A stretch of 64,000 nucleotides of DNA, from positions 1,056,001 through 1,120,000 of the forward strand of contig OZ219754.1 in the NCBI GenBank assembly GCA_964291295.2, in the 5' to 3' direction. The stretch comes from an uncultured Candidatus Binatia bacterium. GTDB taxonomy: Bacteria; Desulfobacterota; Binatia; UBA9968; JAJDTQ01. Every line of letters starts with the position of its first letter. Position 1 is the stretch's first letter. Below, piece after piece: positions 26,601 to 34,965 of this stretch. A model generated the notes under the pieces. That model worked only from the letters and a program-made list of their open reading frames with translations, was not told the DNA's origin and did not search any database. A program made the translations under genes and the position numbers.

Positions 26601-26843
26601 ATGCTGACCACGGTCACCACCGTCGGTGGTCTCGTTCCGCTGGCCTTCTTCGCCACCGGCCAGGCCCGGTTTCTCTCGCCCATGGCCATCTCCGTTGTCT
26701 GGGGGCTGTCCTTCGCCACGGTGCTGACGCTGATCCTCACCCCCTGTCTCTACGCCATTCTGGACGACGCCAAGGGATTCGTCCGGCGGTGCTTCCGCAC
26801 CGGTGCCGCGACGCCGGAAGGTGCCGCGGCGGAACATTCCTGA
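23679..26843 (+). CDS. RND efflux permease (AcrB family)
   Basis: YPGASPEEVE, IGLLVDDAVIVTEN, GVVVND, RLRPVMLT. Confidence 0.96.
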   Translation: MRKIIEFSIGNPVIVNLLVLLILVLGAISYVKLKRELAPDISRGVIRIDTAYPGASPEEVEELITARIEDQVRNVDGVDDMLSTSREGHSTIRLRLQSDTDMSRALGDARAALDRVVGLPEEVDEPRVAEAQSTVPVITVALSGDIPEQELREIAKDVQEQLRRVDGVAAVSIFGMRESRILIEIDPERLDQYSLSLDEVRAAVNNQNRNVPGGALKTARGEILVRTLGVAGGVADLERMILRSTDTGHALVVGDVAAVRESFEDATTLARFDGKPSLNLVVIKERNGDIISVAERVRAAVAEIRKTLPGTVSLGLFNDFSVFIRNRLGTLGESGAIGLAIVLATLCIFVRGRTALLTAFGIPFAVLGCLFLMSVYGFSLNMISAFGLILVIGLLVDDAVIVTENVYRYVEQGLPAKEAALEGTCEIAWPVVTTVLTTVAAFVPFLLVPGTTGAFLRPLPVVVTFALLFSLLEVLLILPSHLSDVITPAYADKVRRGGRRWLPGLRRRKRPSGPGPGKSSWLTCLRHRYERILGLAVRWRYVAVAVIVAASVLLAAAARYRVPFVLFRDFESSQFFVNFETSTNAKLEDTEAVAVQAEEIVLGLPDDELKSLSTTVGAAFLDLDRVVTGSNVGQLTLELHDDRSRNSAEIVADLRGELERIPGITKLQFLSLQAGPGGPDIEIRVIGENLESLRRLTDEVKGFLATLPGVRDIRDDLVAGKEELRISLKPEGRTLGLDLRGVARQVQQGFQGVEASSIQRGDEDVPIVVRFPRDRRSHVDTVSRMKFTLPSGERVFLRDVADIGTGISPSQINRDDRKRTLSVYAEVEAGKTTVVEATDALRREFADAGRRYPGHRVVTKGERQEMEESLAALPQISLLTLFVIYFLLGSLFKSFIQPIIVMATIPFALGGVVIGHLVMGENLSFLSILGFIALAGVVVNDSLILVDFINRSRRSGMSAYDSIVRSGVVRLRPVMLTTVTTVGGLVPLAFFATGQARFLSPMAISVVWGLSFATVLTLILTPCLYAILDDAKGFVRRCFRTGAATPEGAAAEHS

Positions 26844-26975
26844 CGGTCGAGGGTGGCATCGGAACAACGGACGGGAGACACCGCCGAAGCGGACGCGCAC
26901 GGTGCCGCCCGGGTCATTCCCGCGCACCCGGAAGGCCGGGGTGGCGCGCGGAGTCCCGGCGCGGAGGGTCCCGAT

Positions 26976-27004
26976 TTGACAGTGTTCGGGGCGCTTCCTA
27001 TAAG
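26976..27004 (+). promoter_or_regulatory. Sigma70 promoter of proS (likely leaderless)
   Basis: TTGACA-N17-TATAAG, 7 nt before ATG 27012; no SD. Confidence 0.65.
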
Positions 27005-27011
27005 TGATCGC

Positions 27012-28730
27012 ATGCGTTGGCGCACGTCCTTCATACCCACCCTCAAGGAAGAGCCTGCGGACGCGGAGGTGACCAGCCATCGCCTGCTGGTCCGCGCCGG
27101 CATGATCCGGCAGGTCAGCCGCGGCGTGTACGATTTTCTGCCGCTGGCGCTCCGCACGCTGCGCAGGATCGAGACCATCGTGCGCGACGAGATGAACCGG
27201 GCCGGCGCCCAGGAACTGCTGATGCCGGTCACGTCGCCGGCGGAACTGTGGCGGGACAGCGGGCGCTGGGAGGTCTATGGCAAGGAGCTGCTGCGTTTCA
27301 GGGACCGCCACGAGCGGGACTTCTGCCTCGCCCCCACCCACGAGGAGGTGATCACCGATCTGGTGCGCCGGGACGTCCGCTCCTACCGCGAACTCCCCAT
27401 GAACCTCTACCAGATCCAGACCAAGTTTCGCGACGAGGTGCGTCCGCGCTTCGGCCTGATGCGCGGGCGCGAGTTCATCATGAAGGACGCCTACAGCTTC
27501 CATCTCGACCGGGACGACGCCGAGCGCGAGTACCGGAACATGTACGACACCTACCGGCGCATCTTCACCCGTTGCGGCCTCAGGTTTCGGGTGGTGGAAG
27601 CCGATTCGGGCGCCATCGGCGGAAGCCTGTCGCACGAGTTCCAGGTGCTGGCGGAGTCGGGAGAGGACGCCCTGGCCACCTGCAGCGCCTGCGACTACGC
27701 GGCCAACGTGCAGAAGGCGGAATCGCGGCTGCCCGCACCCCACCGCGACGGCGCTTCCGCGGCTCCGCTCGAGACCGTGCCCACGCCCGGCCTCAGGACG
27801 GTGCCGGAAGTTTCCGGGTTCCTGAAGGTTCCGCCGGAACGGTTCATCAAGACCCTGATCTACCGGATGCCGTCGGGAGGGTTGCTGGCGGTGCTGGTGC
27901 GCGGCGACCACGAAGTCAACGAGACCAGGCTCGGCAATCTTCTGGACACCATCGCCGTGGAGCTGGCGGATGAAGAACAGATTCGGCAGGCCGTCGGGAC
28001 GACGCCGGGTTTTCTGGGGCCGGTGGACCTGCCGCTGGAGATGTGGGCCGACCACGCCGTCCGGGGCATGACCGAGGCCGTGACCGGGGCCAACCAGGCC
28101 GACGCCCACCTCATGCACGTGAGCCAGCCGAGGGACTTCGCCCCGGCACGCTTCGAGGATCTGCGCCGGGTCCGGGCCGGGGACCTGTGCCCGCGCTGTG
28201 ACGAGGGAGTCATCGAGGAGCACCGCGGCATCGAGGCGGGCCACGTGTTCTACCTGGGGCGCAAGTACAGCAAGGCCATGGGGGCCACAGTCCTCGACTC
28301 CGAGGGGCACGAGCGCGCCATGGAGATGGGTTGCTACGGCATCGGCATCACCCGGCTGATGGCCGCCGCCATCGAGCAGAACCACGACCGGGACGGCATC
28401 ATCTGGCCCTTCTCCATCGCCCCTTTCCCGGTGGAGTTGGTGCCCCTCAACTACCGGGAGGGGCCCATCGGCGAGGTTGCCGACCGGATCTACCAGGGGC
28501 TCGTGGATGCCGGGCACGAAGCGCTGCTGGATGACCGTGACGAGCGGCCGGGCGTCAAGTTCAAGGACGCCGACCTGGTGGGCATCCCGCTGCGGGTCAC
28601 CATCGGCGCCAAGGGTCTGGCCAGGGGCAATGTGGAGTTGCGCCGGCGCGGGCAGCAGGCGACGACGGAGATACCCGCGGCGCAGGCGGTGGAGCGTATC
28701 GTCGCGGTACTGGAGAACGGCGGGGCATGA
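27012..28730 (+). CDS. proS: Proline--tRNA ligase
   Basis: LAPTHEE, FRDEVRPRFGLMRGREF, insertion editing domain, MGCYGIG. Confidence 0.98.
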   Translation: MRWRTSFIPTLKEEPADAEVTSHRLLVRAGMIRQVSRGVYDFLPLALRTLRRIETIVRDEMNRAGAQELLMPVTSPAELWRDSGRWEVYGKELLRFRDRHERDFCLAPTHEEVITDLVRRDVRSYRELPMNLYQIQTKFRDEVRPRFGLMRGREFIMKDAYSFHLDRDDAEREYRNMYDTYRRIFTRCGLRFRVVEADSGAIGGSLSHEFQVLAESGEDALATCSACDYAANVQKAESRLPAPHRDGASAAPLETVPTPGLRTVPEVSGFLKVPPERFIKTLIYRMPSGGLLAVLVRGDHEVNETRLGNLLDTIAVELADEEQIRQAVGTTPGFLGPVDLPLEMWADHAVRGMTEAVTGANQADAHLMHVSQPRDFAPARFEDLRRVRAGDLCPRCDEGVIEEHRGIEAGHVFYLGRKYSKAMGATVLDSEGHERAMEMGCYGIGITRLMAAAIEQNHDRDGIIWPFSIAPFPVELVPLNYREGPIGEVADRIYQGLVDAGHEALLDDRDERPGVKFKDADLVGIPLRVTIGAKGLARGNVELRRRGQQATTEIPAAQAVERIVAVLENGGA

Positions 28731-29458
28731 CTGCCGCCGACGTTCGGCAGCGCCTGATCGTGGCCCTGGATCTGGCTGATCCGGCGAAGGCGAAGACCCT
28801 GGCCACCCGCCTGGCACCGGAGGTGGGGATGTTCAAGGTGGGCAAACAGCTCTTCCTGCGTGCCGGGCCGGACATCGTCCGCACGATCCGCGGTCTCGGC
28901 GGCGAGGTCTTTCTCGATCTCAAGTTCCACGACATCCCCAACACCGTGTCGGCGGCGGCGGTGGAAGCCGCCTGGCTCGAGGTGAAGCTGTTCAATGTGC
29001 ACATCGCTGGCGGCGGCGCGATGATGCGGCAGACCGCGGCGGCGGTGGCGGATGTGTGCGCGAAGGAGAGCCTGCGGCGGCCGTCGATGCTGGGCGTGAC
29101 GGTTCTTACCAGTCTGGATGGAACCGACCTTGAGGCGCAGGGGATTGGAGGAGGCGTGCCCGCCCAGGTTGTCAGGCTGGCGCGCATGGCCCGTGATTCG
29201 GGTCTCGCGGGCGTGGTCTGTTCCGCCCGGGAGGTCCGGGACATCCGGCGCGCCTGCGGCGACTCCTTCATGCTGGTGACGCCGGGCATCCGTCCCGCGG
29301 GCCAGCAGTCCGGCGACCAGAAGCGGGTCATGACCCCGGGCGACGCGGTTCGCGCCGGCGTCGATTACATCGTCGTGGGGAGGCCCATCACCGGTGCCGG
29401 CGACCCGGTCGGGGCGGCACGGTCCGTGGTCGCCGAAATGGCGGAGGCGGCGGGTTGA
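28727..29458 (+). CDS. pyrF: Orotidine-5'-phosphate decarboxylase
   Basis: IVALD, DLKFHDIPNT, VTVLTS, TPGIRP, VVGRPI. Confidence 0.98.
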   Translation: MTAADVRQRLIVALDLADPAKAKTLATRLAPEVGMFKVGKQLFLRAGPDIVRTIRGLGGEVFLDLKFHDIPNTVSAAAVEAAWLEVKLFNVHIAGGGAMMRQTAAAVADVCAKESLRRPSMLGVTVLTSLDGTDLEAQGIGGGVPAQVVRLARMARDSGLAGVVCSAREVRDIRRACGDSFMLVTPGIRPAGQQSGDQKRVMTPGDAVRAGVDYIVVGRPITGAGDPVGAARSVVAEMAEAAG

Positions 29459-29543
29459 GACCGCCGGCGCCGGGCTGGCCGCCCGCGGGCGACCTCGTGT
29501 CCGTCTTTTGAACTTGCCTGTCGAAGTGCTAGGTTAGGAACCC

Positions 29544-30656
29544 ATGCCGGCAGCCACCATCGAAGAGGCACTGGAGGAGATTCGTCAGGGCAGGATGGTC
29601 ATCCTGATGGATGACCAGAACCGCGAGAACGAGGGCGACCTCACCATGGCGGCGGAGCGGGTCACGCCGGAGGCCATCAATTTCATGGCCACCTGGGGAC
29701 GGGGCCTGATCTGCCTCTCGCTCACCGAAGAGCAGGTGGCCCGGCTCGGTCTCGCCATGATGGTGCGCGACAATACCGCTCCTTTCGGCACCGCGTTCAC
29801 GGTCTCCATCGACGGTGTGAAGAACGTCACCACCGGCATATCGGCGTCCGACCGTGCCGAGACCATCCTGGCGGCCATCGCGGACGGCGCCGGCCCGGCG
29901 GATCTGTGCACGCCCGGGCACATCTTTCCGCTGCGCGCCCGGAACGGCGGCGTGCTGGTGCGCACCGGCCAGACCGAAGGCTCCGTGGATCTCTGCCGGC
30001 TGGCCGGGCTCAAACCCGCCGGAGTGATCTGCGAGATCATGAAGGACGACGGCACCATGGCGCGGCTGGCGGACCTCGAGGAGTTCGGCGAGAAGTACGA
30101 CCTCAAGATCTGTACCGTCGCCGACCTGATCCAGTACCGCCTCAAGCACGACTCGCTGATTCACCGGGTCGCCGCCACCCGGTTGCCGACCCGGTACGGC
30201 GGCGAGTTCGAAGCGGTGGTCTACAACACCCACGTGGACTCGAGCGAGCATCTGGCGCTCATCAAGGGAAAGATCTCCGAGAAGCGGGAGACCCTCGTAC
30301 GGGTGTGCACCAAGTTCCTTCCCGGCGACGTCTTCGGCTTCGAGTTCTTCGACACCGGATCGGTCATCAGGCAGTCCATGGAACTCATCGCCAGCGAGGG
30401 CGCCGGCGTCCTGCTCTATCTCCAGCCCGAAGGCAAGGGGCTGCGTCCCGCCGAGGCCGGGGAGGAGAGGAGCTTCCGCGACTTCGGCATCGGCGCCCAG
30501 ATCCTGCGGGATCTGGGCGTTCGCAAGCTCCGGCTCGTCACCAACAACCCCAGGAACCTCGTGGGCCTGTCCGGCTACGGCCTTGAGGTCACCCGTTCCG
30601 TACCTTTCCCCATGCGCGAGGGCACCATCCGGCGGGGTAGCGCGATCGGGGGCTGA
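29544..30656 (+). CDS. ribB: DHBP synthase fused to a degenerate GTP cyclohydrolase II domain (RibBX-like)
   Basis: RENEGD, TGISASDR, PGHIFPL, CEIM; C-domain lacks the zinc-binding cysteines. Confidence 0.92.
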   Translation: MPAATIEEALEEIRQGRMVILMDDQNRENEGDLTMAAERVTPEAINFMATWGRGLICLSLTEEQVARLGLAMMVRDNTAPFGTAFTVSIDGVKNVTTGISASDRAETILAAIADGAGPADLCTPGHIFPLRARNGGVLVRTGQTEGSVDLCRLAGLKPAGVICEIMKDDGTMARLADLEEFGEKYDLKICTVADLIQYRLKHDSLIHRVAATRLPTRYGGEFEAVVYNTHVDSSEHLALIKGKISEKRETLVRVCTKFLPGDVFGFEFFDTGSVIRQSMELIASEGAGVLLYLQPEGKGLRPAEAGEERSFRDFGIGAQILRDLGVRKLRLVTNNPRNLVGLSGYGLEVTRSVPFPMREGTIRRGSAIGG

Positions 30657-30691
30657 GGCTCTCGTCTCGGAGGGCGAGTCTCTCGCCGCCG

Positions 30692-31270
30692 CTATGACGG
30701 CGCCTCGGTCGGACCTTGGCGCAGATATGGGTGAATCGCGTTTCGCAGGCGTCTGAGGGCGTCGTCGACGGAGTGGAAAAGCTGCTCCCCGACGAGTTCG
30801 CCGTGGGCCCAGCAGTCCATCGAAGGGGCATCGGTGAAGTTGATGTCCAACACCTTCTCGCCCGGAGGGCTGCCGGTAACGAGGATGCGCACCGAGTAGC
30901 CTGCGTCAATGGCAGCGGCCCGGGCGTAGCGCGGGATTCGCAGCGAATCCCTGATGTAGCCGAGCCGCTTCCGGGGAAACTCGCCGACTCCCAGGGAGAT
31001 GTAAACCCAGTGGTCCGTGTTGTCGGCGAGCTCCCGCAGGACCTTGCCGTTGATGTCCACGATGTTCTGCAGCGCCTGTTCCTGCCGGTAGTCCTTCAGG
31101 AGCTCGAAGGCCCAGCGCTCGATCACCCCGGTGGGCTCCCGTTTGCCCCCGTCCGGCTGCCGCCTGGTCCCGGTATCGATCCACCACTTCACCTCCTGGA
31201 TGTGGTCGCCGGCAGGCGCCGCCACATCGGTGGCCGGCGGTTCGGTCCCGGGCTTTTCGGCAGCGGCCAT
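30692..31270 (-). CDS. Hypothetical protein (192 aa)
   Basis: Typical GC3 codon bias; starts 8 nt after the upstream gene stop; no recognised motif. Confidence 0.7.
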   Translation of the reverse strand: MAAAEKPGTEPPATDVAAPAGDHIQEVKWWIDTGTRRQPDGGKREPTGVIERWAFELLKDYRQEQALQNIVDINGKVLRELADNTDHWVYISLGVGEFPRKRLGYIRDSLRIPRYARAAAIDAGYSVRILVTGSPPGEKVLDINFTDAPSMDCWAHGELVGEQLFHSVDDALRRLRNAIHPYLRQGPTEAPS

Positions 31271-31278
31271 GGCGGAGC

Positions 31279-32271
31279 CTACACCTTGAACTCGTTGAGC
31301 GTACTGGGGGCGAACAGGCTTTCCACCTCGAGCCGCTGCCTGGTGAGGCCCTGCTCGTGGGCGTAGCCCGCCAAGGTCTCCAGGACATGGCGGTTGGGCT
31401 CCAGCCCGTAGGCCCAGGGATCGGGACCCAGGATCTCCCGCTCCCGCTCCATCTGCTGGACCGACCAAGCCAGCATGTACTTGAGGGCGGAGTACTCGTA
31501 CATGGCTTCGGCACAGAGCCGCTTGGACTCGCAGAAGGCCTTGTAGAGGTTCTGGGCGACCCAGGGATGGCGTTCGTGCACGTCTTCCCGGAGCACCAGG
31601 GTGTGCATGATGGGAAAGATGCCGGTCTTACGGAAGTAGTCTTCCTCCACCGTGCGGAAGTCCGGGAACAGTCGCGCCACCCTGGGCGAGCGGCGCACGA
31701 ACGGCGACGGCATGTGGGCCGAGATCAGCGCGTCGATGTCGCCGTTCTCCAGCATGGAGGAGAGTGTCTGCTCCGGTCCGATGGGAGTGATGGAGAGGTT
31801 TTCGGGCAGATCCGGACGCAGCTTCTCCTCCCGGCCGGGCGTCTCCTCCCCGCCGGTGAACCAGTTCACCTTCTCGAGCTCCACGCCGTACTCGTGCTGC
31901 AGGATGCCCCGTTGCCAGATGGCCGCGGTCATCTGGTACTCGGGGACGCCGACCCGCTTGCCGGTGAGGTCGGCGGCCTCCGTGATGCCGGAGCCGGCAT
32001 GGATGTAGATGCCGGAGTGCCGGAAGGCGCGGGAAGGGAACACCGGGATGGCCGCGAACCGCGGCGTTCCCTTGTCCCGGGACATCAGGTAGGAGCCCAT
32101 GGACATCTCGGCGGCGTCGAAGTCCTGGTAGCGCAGCATGCGCCAGAAGGTCTCCTCGACGCGGAACGGCAGGTAGGTCAGGTCGACCCCTTCCACGGGA
32201 ACGCGGCCCTCCTGCAGCGGGCGCGTGCGGTCATAGTCCCAACAGGCGACGGTGATGCTCACTCTGGCCAT
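31279..32271 (-). CDS. 4,5-dihydroxyphthalate decarboxylase-like protein (periplasmic binding protein fold)
   Basis: YDRTRPL, FPSRAFRHS, GVPEYQMTA, TGIFPIMH, DPWAYG. Confidence 0.85.
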   Translation of the reverse strand: MARVSITVACWDYDRTRPLQEGRVPVEGVDLTYLPFRVEETFWRMLRYQDFDAAEMSMGSYLMSRDKGTPRFAAIPVFPSRAFRHSGIYIHAGSGITEAADLTGKRVGVPEYQMTAAIWQRGILQHEYGVELEKVNWFTGGEETPGREEKLRPDLPENLSITPIGPEQTLSSMLENGDIDALISAHMPSPFVRRSPRVARLFPDFRTVEEDYFRKTGIFPIMHTLVLREDVHERHPWVAQNLYKAFCESKRLCAEAMYEYSALKYMLAWSVQQMEREREILGPDPWAYGLEPNRHVLETLAGYAHEQGLTRQRLEVESLFAPSTLNEFKV

Positions 32272-32590
32272 GGCGGTTGATCTCTCCCATTGCGCCGGGT
32301 TGTCAGAAACGTGGAACCCGTCAGGAACATGGAGTCCGGCATCGGCTTCCGGGCTCGCCCTTGCAGCAAGGTAACAGGAATGGTCGGGCAGTGTAAGGAC
32401 GCCGGCCGGGCGCGGGGCGGGGGAAGGCGGTGTTTCGGCGGCAGATTTCTACGGGACTTGTATCGCGGGGCTTGTATCGCAGGTTACCCGGATCCCCGCA
32501 CCGCGGACCCTGCCGAAAACACCCTGGTCATCCGCTTCAAAGCCGTCCGCCAGCCGGAGCAGCGGTCCCTTGGGGTGCGGAGACGGTTTG

Positions 32591-32619
32591 TTGACCGGGA
32601 ATGGCTTTTTGGGTATAGA
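32591..32619 (+). promoter_or_regulatory. Sigma70 promoter of nuo operon
   Basis: TTGACC-N17-TATAGA. Confidence 0.55.
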
Positions 32620-32628
32620 GAGGACTCT

Positions 32629-32676
32629 GGAAAAGATCGTGAAAAAGATCGTGAAAAAGGTCGTGAAAAAGATCGT
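32629..32676 (+). repeat. 12-bp tandem repeat x4 (GAAAAAGATCGT)
   Basis: Read directly; units differ from the consensus by at most 1 nt. Confidence 0.95.
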
Positions 32677-32742
32677 GAATTTCTGAAAGTTTATTGACTT
32701 CTCTATCTTGCTTCTCTTTTTCCCTGTCTTGCACGGAGACTC

Positions 32743-33120
32743 ATGCTTTTCGACTTTGCCAGCGTACTGGTTTTCACGTTGTTGGGGGCGGCCTTCGTCT
32801 GGGTCAACCTGCTGATCGGCCGCCTGCTGCGGCCTTCCAATCCCCAATTCCGAAAGCTCTCCACCTATGAATGCGGCGAACCGGCGTCCGGGAGCGCCTG
32901 GGTCAACTTCAACGTCCGGTTCTACTTCATCGCTCTCATCTTCATCATCTTCGAGGTGGAGATCGCTTTCATCTTCCCGGTGGCCGTGGTCTTCCGCGAC
33001 TGGCTTCAGAACGACGCGGGGCTCTTCGCGTTCGGTGCCGTCGCCGTCTTCACCCTCATCGTGTTCCTGGGTCTCATCTACGACTGGTGCAAGGGCGACC
33101 TGGAGTGGGTGAAGAACTAG
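32743..33120 (+). CDS. nuoA: NADH-quinone oxidoreductase subunit A
   Basis: YECG, FIIFEVE, KGDLEW. Confidence 0.96.
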   Translation: MLFDFASVLVFTLLGAAFVWVNLLIGRLLRPSNPQFRKLSTYECGEPASGSAWVNFNVRFYFIALIFIIFEVEIAFIFPVAVVFRDWLQNDAGLFAFGAVAVFTLIVFLGLIYDWCKGDLEWVKN

Positions 33121-33163
33121 AGCGGGTGAGGAACCAGGCGGCGGGCACGCAGGTACCGGAGAC

Positions 33164-33670
33164 ATGACGGCGAAAGAAATACACGAGCGCGTCCGGGCGC
33201 TTTGCCCGGGGGGCGTGGGCGATCTCGACGACGAGTGCATGGACCCTTTCTTCCGGGTCGAGCCGGCCAACGTCAAGGAGGTCTGCTTGGCGCTTCGGGA
33301 CGACGACTCACTGAAGTTCGATGTGCTCTCGGACCTGACCGCCGTGGATCTCCCCGGAAAGGAGGTCCTGCAACTGGTCTACCATCTCTATTCATACGCC
33401 TTCCGACAACAGATGGTGGTCAAGGTCGACGTGGATCGGGCGGCGCCCCGGATCGCGACGGTGGAAGATGTCTGGAAGGTGGCCAACTGGTTCGAGCGGG
33501 AAGTGTACGATCTTTTCGGGGTTCTTTTCGAAGGCCATTCGGACCTCCGGCGGATCCTGCTGCCCGAGGACTGGATCGGCCATCCCCTGCGCAAGGACTT
33601 CGTGGAGCAGGAGACGTACGACGGCATCAGCACCGAGCGCGAGCCGCTGGTGCCGGAGAACATGCGCTAG
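33164..33670 (+). CDS. nuoC: NADH-quinone oxidoreductase subunit C
   Basis: ANWFEREVYDLFG, GHPLRKD. Confidence 0.96.
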   Translation: MTAKEIHERVRALCPGGVGDLDDECMDPFFRVEPANVKEVCLALRDDDSLKFDVLSDLTAVDLPGKEVLQLVYHLYSYAFRQQMVVKVDVDRAAPRIATVEDVWKVANWFEREVYDLFGVLFEGHSDLRRILLPEDWIGHPLRKDFVEQETYDGISTEREPLVPENMR

Positions 33671-33769
33671 GGAAGGTCCGAACAAGGCGATGGCACGACA
33701 GTGATCTGCTCGCAACCCATTGATTTTGTCAATTCAGCCCCATCGAACCCGGGGTTGTTCAGACTTCCC
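33671..33769. mobile_element. IS5-type MITE/remnant (99 bp)
   Basis: CTAG then GGAAGGTCCGAACAAG ... GTTGTTCAGACTTCCC imperfect terminal inverted repeats. Confidence 0.7.
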
Positions 33770-33825
33770 CGACCGCTGGTTTCGGGTCCGCCCGCAGCCG
33801 GGTCGGTTGACCGGAGAAGCCTGTC

Positions 33826-34962
33826 ATGAGCGAGGATGCCTCCAGCACGGGTCTGCACACTGAAGACATGACGCTGAACGTCGGTCCGCAGCACCCGAGC
33901 ACCCACGGCGTTCTGCGGTTCGTGGTCAAGACGGACGGCGAGGTCATCAAGGAGGCCATCCCGGACGTCGGCTACCTGCACCGCTCCATCGAGAAGATCG
34001 GCGAGAAGTGCACCTGGCACGGTTACGTCCCCTACACCGACCGGGCCGACTACCTGGCCGCCATGTTCGCCAACCAGGGCTTCTGCATGGCCGCCGAGCG
34101 GCTGGGCGACGTCGAGGTGCCGCCCCGGGGCGAGTACTGCCGGGTCATCGCCTGCGAGCTCAACCGCATCGCCAGCCATCTCATCGCGGTGGGCACCTTC
34201 GGACAGGACATCGGCGCCATCACCCCGTTCCTGCACGCGCTCCGGGAGCGCGAGACCATCAACGACCTCATGGAGGAGATCTGCGGCGCCCGCCTCACCT
34301 ACAACTACCTCCGGATCGGCGGCGTGGGCTACGACATCAGGCCCGAGACGTGCGCGCGGATCAGTGCGTTCCTCGACCACTTCGAGCCCATCGTCGATGA
34401 ATACAACCGGCTCCTGTCGTACAACAAGATCTTCATCGAGCGGCTGGCCAACGTCGCGGTGATCTCCAGGGAGGACGCGCTCCAATACAACCTCGTGGGC
34501 CCCAACCTGCGGGCTTCCGGCGTCCAGTGGGACATCCGCCGGGACATTCCCTATTCGGTCTATCCCGAACTCGATTTCGAGATTCCGGTAGGCCGGGGCG
34601 AGCGGGGCACCCTGGGCGACTCCTACGACCGCTACCACGTCCGGATCCGGGAACTCATGGAGAGCTGCGGGATCCTCCGCCAGTGTCTCGACAAGATGCC
34701 CGCCGGTCCGGCCGTCGCCAAGGTGGCGCGCAAGTTCAAGCCGCCCGCCGGCGAGACCTACGTGCGCATCGAGGCGCCGCGCGGGGACATGGGCTACTAC
34801 GTCGTCAGCGACGGCAGCGAGTATCCCTATCGGGTGAGGATACGCACCGGCTCCTTCACCGCCATGAGCATCATCGACAAGATCAGTCCGGGGATCATGG
34901 TCGCGGACCTCATCGCGCTGATCGCGAGCCTCGACGTGGACGCCCCCGAGATCGACCGCTAG
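33826..34962 (+). CDS. nuoD: NADH-quinone oxidoreductase subunit D
   Basis: [23 protein letters not shown]-terminal EIDR; no NiFe CxxC motifs. Confidence 0.97.
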   Translation: MSEDASSTGLHTEDMTLNVGPQHPSTHGVLRFVVKTDGEVIKEAIPDVGYLHRSIEKIGEKCTWHGYVPYTDRADYLAAMFANQGFCMAAERLGDVEVPPRGEYCRVIACELNRIASHLIAVGTFGQDIGAITPFLHALRERETINDLMEEICGARLTYNYLRIGGVGYDIRPETCARISAFLDHFEPIVDEYNRLLSYNKIFIERLANVAVISREDALQYNLVGPNLRASGVQWDIRRDIPYSVYPELDFEIPVGRGERGTLGDSYDRYHVRIRELMESCGILRQCLDKMPAGPAVAKVARKFKPPAGETYVRIEAPRGDMGYYVVSDGSEYPYRVRIRTGSFTAMSIIDKISPGIMVADLIALIASLDVDAPEIDR

Positions 34963-34965
34963 GCA

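Noticed and set aside
32290-32697. 135-aa ORF in the spacer before nuoA
   Set aside because: TTG start, runs through the promoter and tandem repeat (EKDR repeats); probably spurious.
33826-34962. nuo-like operon as a group 4 NiFe hydrogenase
   Set aside because: The large subunit lacks both CxxC nickel-binding motifs and has NuoD quinone-site motifs.
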